Source of the DNA: Prosthecobacter sp.
GTDB lineage: Bacteria; Verrucomicrobiota; Verrucomicrobiia; Verrucomicrobiales; Verrucomicrobiaceae
DNA length: 64,000 nucleotides
Strand: one strand, 5' to 3'
Assembly: GCF_021733925.1 (NCBI RefSeq)
Contig: NZ_JAIPJY010000022.1
The translations under genes and the position numbers were made by a program. Below are positions 40,522 to 49,002 of the stretch, piece by piece. Below the pieces are notes generated by a model. That model was not told where the DNA came from and did no database searches. It worked only from the letters and a program-made list of their open reading frames with translations. Every line of letters starts with the position of its first letter. Position 1 is the first letter of the stretch.

Positions 40522-41451
40522 TCAGTGCAACACATCGCCCGCGTGCAGCGGGTGCCCGCGCAGGAAGTCGGCGGCAGACAAACGTCTGCCGCCTTCTATT
40601 TGGACCTCGCTCAAATTGAGCAGGCCGTTGCCACAACTTACCAAAATGCCGTCGGCATTTGCGCTCACAATCATACCCGGTGCCGGACAAACCTCCGCAT
40701 TGGCGATGACCTGCGTACGGTGAATCTTCATCTGCGCCTCCTTGAGCAGGCAGGAAGTTCCCGGCCAGGGGGTGAAGGCGCGAACGAGACGGTCAAGTTC
40801 AATGGCGGGACGCGTCCAGTCGAGTCGGCCGTCCTGACGGGTCAGTTTACGCACGTGAGTGACTTTGGATTCGTCCTGTTTTTCACGCGGTGGGTTTCCA
40901 GTGGCCAGAAGATCCAGCGCTTCTTCGAGCGCGGCAGGGGCCCGCTGCGCGAGCTTGTCATGCAGACTTCCGCCCGTTTCATTGCAAGCAATGGCAAGAC
41001 GATGCATCAGGAGGATGTCGCCAGTGTCGAGGCCTTCATCCATGAACATGATGGTGATGCCGGTTTCGGTGTCGCCGTCACGGATGGCGGCCTGGATGGG
41101 GGCGGCACCGCGATGGCGTGGTAGCAGTGAGGTGTGGACGTTCAGGCAGCCGAGAGGCGGCACATCGAGGACGGCACGGGATAGAATCTGACCGTAGGCG
41201 ATGACGACAGCCACATCGGCGTTGAAGGCTTTGAGTTCCTCCACGGCGTGGCGGATCTTCGGGGGCTGCAGGACGGTGATTCCAGCTGCAAGGGCGCGCA
41301 CCTTGATCTGCGGCGGGGTGAGCACCTGCTTGCGGCCCACGGGTTTGTCGGGCTGGGTGACGACGCCAACCACTTCGTGTTTTGGCGTGCTGAGCAGCCA
41401 TTCCAAGGAGGGAAGGCCGATGTCGCCGGTGCCGATGAAAAGAACGCGCAT
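40522..41451 (-). CDS. fmt: Methionyl-tRNA formyltransferase
   Basis: VVTQPDKPVGR, VIAYGQIL, NVHTSLLPRHRGAAPI, GLDTGD. Confidence 0.97.
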   Translation of the reverse strand: MRVLFIGTGDIGLPSLEWLLSTPKHEVVGVVTQPDKPVGRKQVLTPPQIKVRALAAGITVLQPPKIRHAVEELKAFNADVAVVIAYGQILSRAVLDVPPLGCLNVHTSLLPRHRGAAPIQAAIRDGDTETGITIMFMDEGLDTGDILLMHRLAIACNETGGSLHDKLAQRAPAALEEALDLLATGNPPREKQDESKVTHVRKLTRQDGRLDWTRPAIELDRLVRAFTPWPGTSCLLKEAQMKIHRTQVIANAEVCPAPGMIVSANADGILVSCGNGLLNLSEVQIEGGRRLSAADFLRGHPLHAGDVLH

Positions 41452-41460
41452 GGTCTGCGG

Positions 41461-42096
41461 CTAGACCTTCATTTTTTCGAGCTCTTTCCATGCATCAAGC
41501 TGCATGACGCCACCTATGATGTCATAGAGCACCTTGGCTGGGGCCTGACTGGCGTCGATGTCGAGGATGCGGTCGCCGGCGTAGTAGTCGAGAATGGGCT
41601 TGGTTTCGGCTTCGTAGGTGGCGAAGCGCTGCTGGATGACGGTTTCATTGGCGTCGTCAAAGCGGTTGTCTTTGAGGGCGCGTTTGCGGAGGCGGCGGGC
41701 GAGTTCGGTGCGGTCTGGGCAGGAGAGATGGAAGACTTTCAGGACTTCGATGTGGGGTTCCATGAACTTGGCCTGTTCCACGTTGCGGGGGATGCCGTCG
41801 AGGACGAGGAAGTCGATCTCTGGTTTAAACTGATGAGAATCAATGCGTTGCTCCAGATTGGAATGCCAGAGTTCGACGGTGACGTCGTCTGGGACCAATT
41901 CGCCACGGCTGGAGTATTCGACGAATTTCTGGCCGATTGCGGTGCGGGTGTCGAGGGAGCGAAAGACATCGCCGCAGGCGAGGTGGTGGAAACGGGGGAT
42001 GCTGCCAAGTACCTTGCCTTGCGTCCCCTTGCCGCTGCCGGGGGCGCCGAGGATGAGGAAGGCTCTGATGCGGGCGGTGTGAGGTGCGGTGGACAT
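41461..42096 (-). CDS. adk: Adenylate kinase family nucleoside monophosphate kinase (short LID)
   Basis: GAPGSGKGTQ, GDVFR, GELVPDD, LDGIPRN, RFDD. Confidence 0.88.
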   Translation of the reverse strand: MSTAPHTARIRAFLILGAPGSGKGTQGKVLGSIPRFHHLACGDVFRSLDTRTAIGQKFVEYSSRGELVPDDVTVELWHSNLEQRIDSHQFKPEIDFLVLDGIPRNVEQAKFMEPHIEVLKVFHLSCPDRTELARRLRKRALKDNRFDDANETVIQQRFATYEAETKPILDYYAGDRILDIDASQAPAKVLYDIIGGVMQLDAWKELEKMKV

Positions 42097-42118
42097 GATT
42101 TTTAGTGAAGCTAGCACG

Positions 42119-43012
42119 TTACGATTTTGCAACAACTTGCGCGGCGGCCAATTTCACTTCGTGGACGGACAAATCGGGCATTGAGTGTGTCGGATTCCGC
42201 AAAAACTGCACCCAGGGCTGGGGTGGGGACCAAATGGCGGGATCGGTGGGGCCGAACAGGAGCAGGGAGGGGACTCCGCATGCGGCGGCGAGATGGGAGA
42301 TGCCGCTGTCATGGCCGAAAAAGGCGGTGCAGGTGCTGAGGCGGGTGGCGAGTTCGGTCAGGGGGAGGGCGTGCCAGATGGGATGGCCGGTGGGTTGGAT
42401 GCCGCGTTCTTGTTCGGCTTCGCCGGTGATGAAGATGACCTCATTATTTGGGAATGAGTTGGCGACTTGGAGCCAGTTTTCGAGGGGCCAGTTTTTCTTT
42501 GGGGAGCCGCTGCCGACGTGGATGGCGATGCGGGGGTGGTTGGCGGGTTGGGGCTGGAAGTGGGCGCGGTGGAGGTGTTCGTCTTCGAGGAACATGGCGA
42601 GCTTTTCGAGGCCTTGGGCGAGTTGCTTGGAGGCGTGGGGGCCTTCGGGTTTTACGAGGGGGGAGCACTCGATGAGGGTTTTGACGCCGACGCGTTCGAG
42701 GCTGGCGCGGAAGTGGCCGTCGGGGTCGTAGAGGAAGGAGACGACGAGGTTGAAGCTGCAGAGGTGTTCGGCGAGGGCTTCGTCGATGGGGGCTGTTTTG
42801 GCGAACAGCGGGGCGATGGTGCGGTGCTCGAGGCTGCGGATGGTGTCGGCGAGGCCGGCGGTGCGGGCGAGTTCGGCGATGGCGGGGTAGCCGAGGACTT
42901 CGAGGTGGCAGCCGGGGATGGTTTCGCGCAGGAGGCGGAGGGCCGGGAGCGTGAGGATGAAGTCGCCGATGGCGCCGCCACGAATGACGAGGACACGGGG
43001 CTGGGGGTGCAT
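42119..43012 (-). CDS. Glycosyltransferase family 9 (ADP-heptose:LPS heptosyltransferase-like)
   Basis: IRGGAIGDFILTLP, HVGSGSPKKNW, GHDSGISHLAAA, LFGPT. Confidence 0.9.
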   Translation of the reverse strand: MHPQPRVLVIRGGAIGDFILTLPALRLLRETIPGCHLEVLGYPAIAELARTAGLADTIRSLEHRTIAPLFAKTAPIDEALAEHLCSFNLVVSFLYDPDGHFRASLERVGVKTLIECSPLVKPEGPHASKQLAQGLEKLAMFLEDEHLHRAHFQPQPANHPRIAIHVGSGSPKKNWPLENWLQVANSFPNNEVIFITGEAEQERGIQPTGHPIWHALPLTELATRLSTCTAFFGHDSGISHLAAACGVPSLLLFGPTDPAIWSPPQPWVQFLRNPTHSMPDLSVHEVKLAAAQVVAKS

Positions 43013-43602
43013 CAGTAGTACAGGATGGCCGCTGCGAGGAGGACGACGCCGTAGGCGATGCCGCCGTAGATGGCGAGATTCCAGCGCTGCGGCTTGGCGA
43101 TGAGGGTGTTCACCCAGTCGCGCATGAGGAAGGGCATGCCGATGAAGAACATGCCGACGATGATCCAGACGTAGGCGAGGATGGGGAGGAGCAGGCGGCT
43201 GGTCTGGGGCTGAAGGAAGGCGGCGGTGAGGACGGGGCCGGCGACGAGGAGCATGAGGGAACCGAGGGCGCGGACGGCGAGAAATTCCTTCACGTAGATG
43301 AGGACGCCGACGTAGCCGGCGGCGACGATCATCATGAACTTGTCGCGCATGTTGTAGAACTCACCCATGTCCATGTTGGCGAGGGCGAATTCGCTCCAGA
43401 GAAAGCCGATGGTGAGGAGGATGAGGCCCCAGACGTAGGTGCGGGGGAAGGCTTTGAGGAAGGCCTGGGTTTTGGCGGTGTTTTTGAGGGCCCAGCCATG
43501 GGAGAGGATGAGGGCCAGGGCGACGACGATGCCGGTGCCCTTGAGCGGTATGCCGCCGGTGGGTGCCAGGTGGTAGAGGTAGTCGTAGAGGTCTGGGAAC
43601 AT
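43012..43602 (-). CDS. Hypothetical membrane protein
   Basis: Hydrophobic ORF, TGATG-type overlap with the GT9 gene; start chosen at ATG 43602. Confidence 0.7.
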   Translation of the reverse strand: MFPDLYDYLYHLAPTGGIPLKGTGIVVALALILSHGWALKNTAKTQAFLKAFPRTYVWGLILLTIGFLWSEFALANMDMGEFYNMRDKFMMIVAAGYVGVLIYVKEFLAVRALGSLMLLVAGPVLTAAFLQPQTSRLLLPILAYVWIIVGMFFIGMPFLMRDWVNTLIAKPQRWNLAIYGGIAYGVVLLAAAILYY

Positions 43603-43689
43603 GCGCGGTGGGCTGGAAAAACGGGTGGCACAGGTGGCGCAGACCCTGCTGGTGCGCAAACGCGTTGTTCTGGATGGGGGGATCCGGAA

Positions 43690-44137
43690 TTGGTTGGCCG
43701 CAAAAGGGCGCAAAAAAAGAGGGGAGAAAAAGGGGAGATCCCGAAGGAGTGGTGGTGTTCGGGCGGGGGCCTGTTGAAGCAGGTGCCACCATTCTTGCTG
43801 TGGGGTAAGCGGAGAGATGGGTGGTGCGCGAGCGGAGAGACAGGATTAACAGGATGGCATGATTAACGGGATTAACGGAGTTGGGTGGCCGCAAAAAGGC
43901 GCAAAAACAGAGGGGAGAAAAAAGGGATTCCTGAAGGGACGGAAGTGTTGCGTGGTGGTGATGGAGTTTGGTCGGGGCCTGATGAAGGAGGTGCTGTGAG
44001 GTGAGCGGGAGGGGTGGGTGGTACGTGCGCAGATAGACAGGATTAACAGGATGGCATGATTAACGGGATTAACGGAGTTGGGTGGCCGCAAAAAAGGCGC
44101 AAAAAAGAGGGAAAAGAAAAAGGGGGATCTGGAAGGG
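43690..44137 (+). repeat. Degenerate tandem repeat, three units, period about 191-197 bp
   Basis: TTGG(T/G)TGGCCGCAAAA..GGCGCAAAAA..GAGGG at 43690, 43881, 44078; near-identical GACAGGATTAACAGGATGGCATGATTAACGGGATTAACGGAG block at 43839 and 44036. Confidence 0.9.
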
Positions 44138-44243
44138 ACGCGGGATTCTGCGGCAGCGAGATCTTTTGCTGCTGTTGATGCGTAAATCTTGGATTGAGGT
44201 TGCCTCGGCGCTGGGCAGGGGCAGTTTGAAGGATCGTTCACGC

Positions 44244-44795
44244 ATGAAAGAAAAAAAAGAAACCCTCCCGGCTTGGTACGTGGTGCATACGCGGCCGAAG
44301 TGCGAGCATATCGCGGCTTCGCTGATGGTGGGGCTGGAGGGGGTGGAGACGTACTGTCCGCGCATTCGGTTTCAGAAGAACACGCGGCGGGGCAAGGTGT
44401 GGTTCGTGGAGGCGCTGTTTCCGAGCTACTTTTTTGCGCGGTTCATTCCGAATGATTCGATGCGGGCGGTGAAGTACTCGCAGAGTGTCATTAAGGTGGT
44501 GGATTTTGGGGGGAATTTGACGTCGGTGCCGGACTCGGCCATCGCGGCGCTGAAGGCGGAGATGAAGGACATCGAAATTTGCGAGGTGGAGGTGGGCGTG
44601 AAGGTGGGGGATACGGTGGAGCTGACGGAGGGGCCGATGCGGGGGATGAAGGGGATTGTGAATGCGATGCTGACGGGCGTGGAGCGTGTGCGGATTCTGC
44701 TGGAGTTTTTGGGACGGGAGAATGCGGTGGAGGTGCCTCTGTCGAAGATATTGACGGAGCATACGCCACGGACAGTGCTTGCGGCGTCGCGGTGA
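44244..44795 (+). CDS. NusG paralog (RfaH/UpxY/LoaP-like antitermination factor)
   Basis: WYVVHTRP, EALFPSYFF, KVVDFG..VPD, VGDTVELTEGPMRG (KOW), RVRILLEFLGR. Confidence 0.9.
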   Translation: MKEKKETLPAWYVVHTRPKCEHIAASLMVGLEGVETYCPRIRFQKNTRRGKVWFVEALFPSYFFARFIPNDSMRAVKYSQSVIKVVDFGGNLTSVPDSAIAALKAEMKDIEICEVEVGVKVGDTVELTEGPMRGMKGIVNAMLTGVERVRILLEFLGRENAVEVPLSKILTEHTPRTVLAASR

Positions 44796-44836
44796 CCCGT
44801 TCTTCGCTAAAGCTTCGAAGGGCAAGCTGCGCTTGG

Positions 44837-44899
44837 GTGCCGCTGTCGAAGATTTTGACGGAGCATCAGCCGCGTGCGGTGATGGGGGCGTCGCGGTGA
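44837..44899 (+). other. Diverged duplicate of the last 21 codons of the NusG paralog
   Basis: VPLSKILTEHQPRAVMGASR* versus VPLSKILTEHTPRTVLAASR* at 44733-44795. Confidence 0.9.
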
Positions 44900-44974
44900 G
44901 GGTGGCCTACGGAACACGCGGAACAGACGGAAAATCAGACGAGGGTTGTTCTATTGTCAGTGCTGCTGAAGAGG

Positions 44975-46200
44975 GAGCCGGATTTGAACCACTGATCCAT
45001 TCTCCGTAGCAAGACTGCGAAGGATGAACTGGACACTGACTGACACTGATCTTGAGTCGGAATGCGGAATGTATTCAGGCTGAAGAGCAGATTTTTAACC
45101 ACTAATCGGACGCTAATAAGGCACTAATCAAGGCATTCAGAAATCCGGAATTTTGGATTGGTTTTTTGGGACTGGGCAGCGGGTGGGGGGCTTTGGTTTC
45201 GGCAAAGGAATGACTGAGTTTGGAGCTTGGGGAGGCGGTAGTTTTGCTGCTGTATTGCATACCAACCCCATCTTTCAGAATCTGTGACCACGGATCACTC
45301 GGATTGACACGGATGACTGAGGCTGAGGCTGACCCGCGCAATGGTTTTGATCCGTGCTGCTCGTGCTATCCGTGGTTCCATCTTCCCTGTTCAGTGAATC
45401 ATTCCACCCTGGCCTCATAACTCAATGCTCCGGGAGATAGAGCCGGATTTGAACCACTGACTGGACACTGACTGACACTGATCCTGAGTCGGAATGCGGA
45501 ATGAATTCAGGGTGATGAGCAGATTTTTAACCACTAATCGGACGCTAATAAGGCACTAATCAAGGCATTCAGAAATCCGGAATTTTGGATTGGTTTTTCG
45601 GGGACTGGGCAGCGGGCGGGGGGGGCTTTGGTTTCGGCAAAGGAATGGGTTGGCAATGGAATGCCTGAGTTGAGAACTTGGGGAGGCGGTTGTTTTGGCG
45701 GGAATTTGCAGCCTGGCCCCTTCTTCTCCTTCCAGAATTTCTGACCACGGATCACTCGGATTGACACGGATGACTGAGTCTGAAGCTGACCCGCTTAATG
45801 GTTTTGATCCGTGCTGCTCGTGCTATCCGTGGCTCCATCTTCCCTGTTCAGTGAGTGCCATTTCATTCTGGCCTCATTACTCAATGCTCCGGGAGATAGA
45901 GCCGGATTTGAACCACTGACTGACACTGATGCTGAGTCGGAGTCTGGGATTTTGGGAATGAATTCAGCGGTTTGAGAATGAGGAAGGCAGGAATTCAGGA
46001 ACCGGATTTCTTGGGAGGGGTTTGGTAAAAGATTTGGGGGTAAAAAGATTTTCCCGAACTTTTGGGTTTCTGAATTTTTTACCGCCCATTTTTTACCGCT
46101 TTATCTGGGGATCGAAGGACCACCCCTGTATAGATGAGCCGGATTTTAACGGCTGATCCATTCTCCGTCGCAAGACTGCGAAGGATGAATTGGACGCTGA
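44975..46200 (+). repeat. About 460-bp tandem repeat (2 full units plus 2 partial starts) built from short motif clusters
   Basis: GAGCCGGATTT(G/T)AAC at 44975, 45440, 45899, 46136; units 1 and 2 nearly identical apart from variable patches. Confidence 0.92.
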
Positions 46201-46263
46201 GATGATGCTGATTCAGAATTGGAATCTGGGCGGTGAACGACGGGGATGAGAGGGAAAAGCAGG

Positions 46264-46755
46264 TCAGGAAATTTCGCCGGAGGCTTTCAAGACGATGTTG
46301 CGGAGAGAGGGGCTGATCCAGAAGTGGGCCTCCTGCTCCAGGCGGTCGAGGAGCGGAGCGACTGCGGGAATGAGGGACTGTTCTTTGGCATCTCGAAGAA
46401 CTCCCAGAAGGCCTATCGTTCGAAGTCCAAGGGAAGACGCAGCGGCGCGGCCAGCCTGCTCGTCCATGAGGACGGCATCGGCCTGTCTTTCGACGGCGAG
46501 AGAGAGGGCGGCGACCTCTCCGGCATCCAACCTCGAGGAGGCCGTCAGCGCGGGCAGCAGTTGGAGTGGTGCTGCCTTTTCGATGAAGTGGGGGAAAGCC
46601 AGTCCCTGAAACCGTGCATCCTCTGCAGCGAGCCGCTGAAACTCCACGACGACCATGGTGGGAGCCAGGATCCTTCCATACAAAAGCCGCAGCAGCTCCT
46701 GCTGCCCGATGAGGCAGAGGTTGAGGACGACTGAGGTATCGGTGACGACGGTCAC
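46264..46755 (-). CDS. DUF3368 family PIN-domain protein (putative toxin)
   Basis: VVTDTSVVL, LDAGEVAAL, LMDEQAGR..GLRTIGLLGVL..AK; GTGA overlap with the upstream gene. Confidence 0.85.
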   Translation of the reverse strand: MTVVTDTSVVLNLCLIGQQELLRLLYGRILAPTMVVVEFQRLAAEDARFQGLAFPHFIEKAAPLQLLPALTASSRLDAGEVAALSLAVERQADAVLMDEQAGRAAASSLGLRTIGLLGVLRDAKEQSLIPAVAPLLDRLEQEAHFWISPSLRNIVLKASGEIS

Positions 46756-46991
46756 AGGGTGCGCAGGGCGCGAAGTGATTCCAAATCCTGCGCCCAACGT
46801 TCCTCATCATAAGAAGGGATGTGTCGAGCGAAGAGAGTCTGGTCGAAGGCATGACGGTCCATGCCAGCCATGCGGGCAGCCACGCCCCGTGAGACATGAC
46901 CTGCCGCATAAGCGCCGCAGGCGAGGTCGAGCAAGATTTCGGCCTCGCCCATCTCGGTGAGCGCGGGGTCATCTGGAAGCGTGATGGTCAT
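46752..46991 (-). CDS. UPF0175 family protein (putative antitoxin)
   Basis: 79 aa; LDLA..Y..GHVSRGVAARMAGMDR..F..L..DL. Confidence 0.8.
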   Translation of the reverse strand: MTITLPDDPALTEMGEAEILLDLACGAYAAGHVSRGVAARMAGMDRHAFDQTLFARHIPSYDEERWAQDLESLRALRTL

Positions 46992-47120
46992 GGATTGAGG
47001 ATAATGGAAAAGCAGGCGGAGGCAAGGCAACGTCTGCGGGGCAGGGCGTCGTTCAGGTGGGAATTGCAGGGTGAAGGGCAAGCTGCGCTTGGGGACCCAT
47101 TCTTCGCTAAAGCTACGAAG

Positions 47121-47347
47121 CACCTGAACTCAATGCGGCTGGATTGTTTAACGGAGGATACCCAGATGGAGTTTATTTGGCAGCCGTTTGCACGAACTAA
47201 GCTTCCCAGATTCCGGCTAAAGCCGGGACTACAAAACGTGTTCTGGCTGGTTTCAGATTTGGGGCGATGCGGAGCTTCCGGAACGGGCTAAAGCCCGAAC
47301 TACGTACTCAGAGGAGCCGGAAAAGTGCGAGGATGTTATTCGGGAGG
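47121..47347 (+). repeat. About 220-bp dispersed repeat with two REP palindromes; second copy at about 62487-62701
   Basis: CGAACTAAG..CCAGATTCCGGCTAAAGCCGG..CTTCCGGAACGGGCTAAAGCCCGAACTACGTACTCAGA..TTATTCGGGAG in both copies. Confidence 0.88.
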
Positions 47348-47521
47348 GCAAGAGCCCTTGGTGCGGGGCTGGCGGTGTGATCGCGGTGAAAAAGCGCCCG
47401 GACAGCTCCTGATACCGGACTGCGCTAGTCGTGGGTGTTTGCCATACGCGCAGAGACGGGTGGGCTGTCGCCACACCCATCCTACGTCCGGACGGGCACG
47501 TTAGCTGTTTGTCGCTGATTT

Positions 47522-48691
47522 TCAGCGCTGTTTCATGGCGGCTTGGAGCATAGAGTCGGTGATGGTGAGTTTTGGGGTGGGGCCGGTGTCGGCGAGCATG
47601 GCTTTGGCGAGGAGTTCGGAGAGGGGGCGGAGGATGCTGAAGTGGTCGGCGGCGGGGATCTCGAAGAAACGGACGTGGCGGCGGGAACGGGTTTTGCGCA
47701 TGAGGCGGAGGGCGTCGATGTTGCCGTCTTCGCCTTCGATGATGAAGGTGGGGGAGCTGAGGCCGTCGAGGCAGAGGATGGGGGCGCGGGGGGTGAGCTC
47801 GGCTTCGTTTTCGACATCGAAGGGGAGGATGTCCTGGCCATAGGCGCCGGTGCTGTGGACGGCGCCGAAGGCGACGGTGGCGCGAAGGCCGGTGGTGGAG
47901 CCGGCGACGAGGAGGGCGAGGGTGCCGCCGGTGCTGTGGCCGCCGAGGTAGATGCGGGCGGGATCGATGTAGGGCTGCTGCTTGAGCCAGGCGAGGGCGG
48001 CGATGACGTCGTCTGCCTCGCCGAGGAGGCCTTCTTTGAAGCCGGGGTTCGTATTTCCGCCGCGGAGGGAGGGGTAGAGCATGAGGAGGCCGGCCTGGCG
48101 GAAGGCGCTGGCGGACTGGTCGTTTTCGGGGTCGCCGGGCGGGAGGACGTCGGCGGAGATGCTGTTGCTGAAGCCGCCGATGAGCCAGATGATGGCGGGG
48201 TGCTTTTTGCCGTCTGCGGGATCTGCGGAGACATAGGCTGCCATGTCGCCGAGGGGGCCGGGATAGGTGACGAGCTTCATGCCGGTGTCGGGGGCGGGCG
48301 GGGCGGCGGGTTCGTTTTCGCGGTCTTTGCGGATGAGGTGGGTGTGGAAGGACTGCCGGTCGCGGGCGTGCTGGAGGGCGCGATCTTTTACGGCGGTGTC
48401 GGCCAGAGTGACGAAGTAGGGCTGGAGCATGAGGCCTGCGAGGGCGAGGGACCAAAAGAACACCGCGACGTAGCCGATGATGAGGCCTGAGAGGGCGATG
48501 CCGCTGCCGGTGAGGCTGGCGGCCTGCCTGCGGATGCGGGAGCGGCTGATGTGGCCGATGATGACGCCGATGAGGGCGGGGATGCCGAAGGCGATGAGTC
48601 CGATGATGCTGAGTAGCAGGGAGGCGACGGCGAGCTTGTCGGTGGAGCGACGATGGGCGACGGGCAGCGGGGGTGGGGTGCTGGGGGACAT
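47522..48691 (-). CDS. DUF4190-like N-terminal membrane domain fused to an alpha/beta hydrolase (S9-like)
   Basis: LAVASLLLSIIG..GVIIGHISRSRI..G.GIALSGLIIGY; IYLGGHSTGG nucleophile elbow; IIEGEDGN..ADH. Confidence 0.8.
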   Translation of the reverse strand: MSPSTPPPLPVAHRRSTDKLAVASLLLSIIGLIAFGIPALIGVIIGHISRSRIRRQAASLTGSGIALSGLIIGYVAVFFWSLALAGLMLQPYFVTLADTAVKDRALQHARDRQSFHTHLIRKDRENEPAAPPAPDTGMKLVTYPGPLGDMAAYVSADPADGKKHPAIIWLIGGFSNSISADVLPPGDPENDQSASAFRQAGLLMLYPSLRGGNTNPGFKEGLLGEADDVIAALAWLKQQPYIDPARIYLGGHSTGGTLALLVAGSTTGLRATVAFGAVHSTGAYGQDILPFDVENEAELTPRAPILCLDGLSSPTFIIEGEDGNIDALRLMRKTRSRRHVRFFEIPAADHFSILRPLSELLAKAMLADTGPTPKLTITDSMLQAAMKQR

Positions 48692-48802
48692 TGGATGGCG
48701 TATAAGCTGGTGGGGAGGTTTTGCCCAAACAAAAGGGTGGGGCTCGTGGAGGGGTGGCGGGTCAAACTGCGGCAGGTGACGGAATCTATTTCATGCCTGA
48801 TT

Positions 48803-48822
48803 CCGGCTAAAGCCGGTACTAC
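48803..48822 (-). repeat. GTAG-type REP palindrome, one of 8 co-oriented copies
   Basis: CCGGCTAAAGCCGGTACTAC; relatives at 47213, 47284, 50979, 59215, 59250, 62578, 62649. Confidence 0.85.
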
Positions 48823-49002
48823 AGAACAGCGCTGGGTGAGTCGATGGCTTCGGGGCTTTGAGAGGGGTTCATTCGAATTCAGTGCTGTGCAGATGTCAAC
48901 CCGGCCAAAAGGGAAGGAGGTGGAGTGCTGCGGCATGCTGGGCCTTGCATGTGGCGTGGGGTGGGGTAGCTGATTCTCTGCCCTTTTTTCCTTTTTTCTG
49001 CC

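Noticed and set aside
45234-45241. ops-like GGCGGTAG downstream of the RfaH-like gene
   Set aside because: Only the 8-bp core matches, in G-rich sequence; the equivalent position in unit 2 is GGCGGTTG; no operon follows.
43690-46200. CRISPR array interpretation of the tandem repeats
   Set aside because: Periods of 195 and 460 bp, variable parts are homologous to each other, repeats are not 23-50-bp identical units, and no cas genes are present.
47253-48728. Long Pro/Arg-rich ORFs in alternate frames (also 48388-49623, 50480-51415)
   Set aside because: Low-complexity by-products of the strong G/C skew overlapping real genes.
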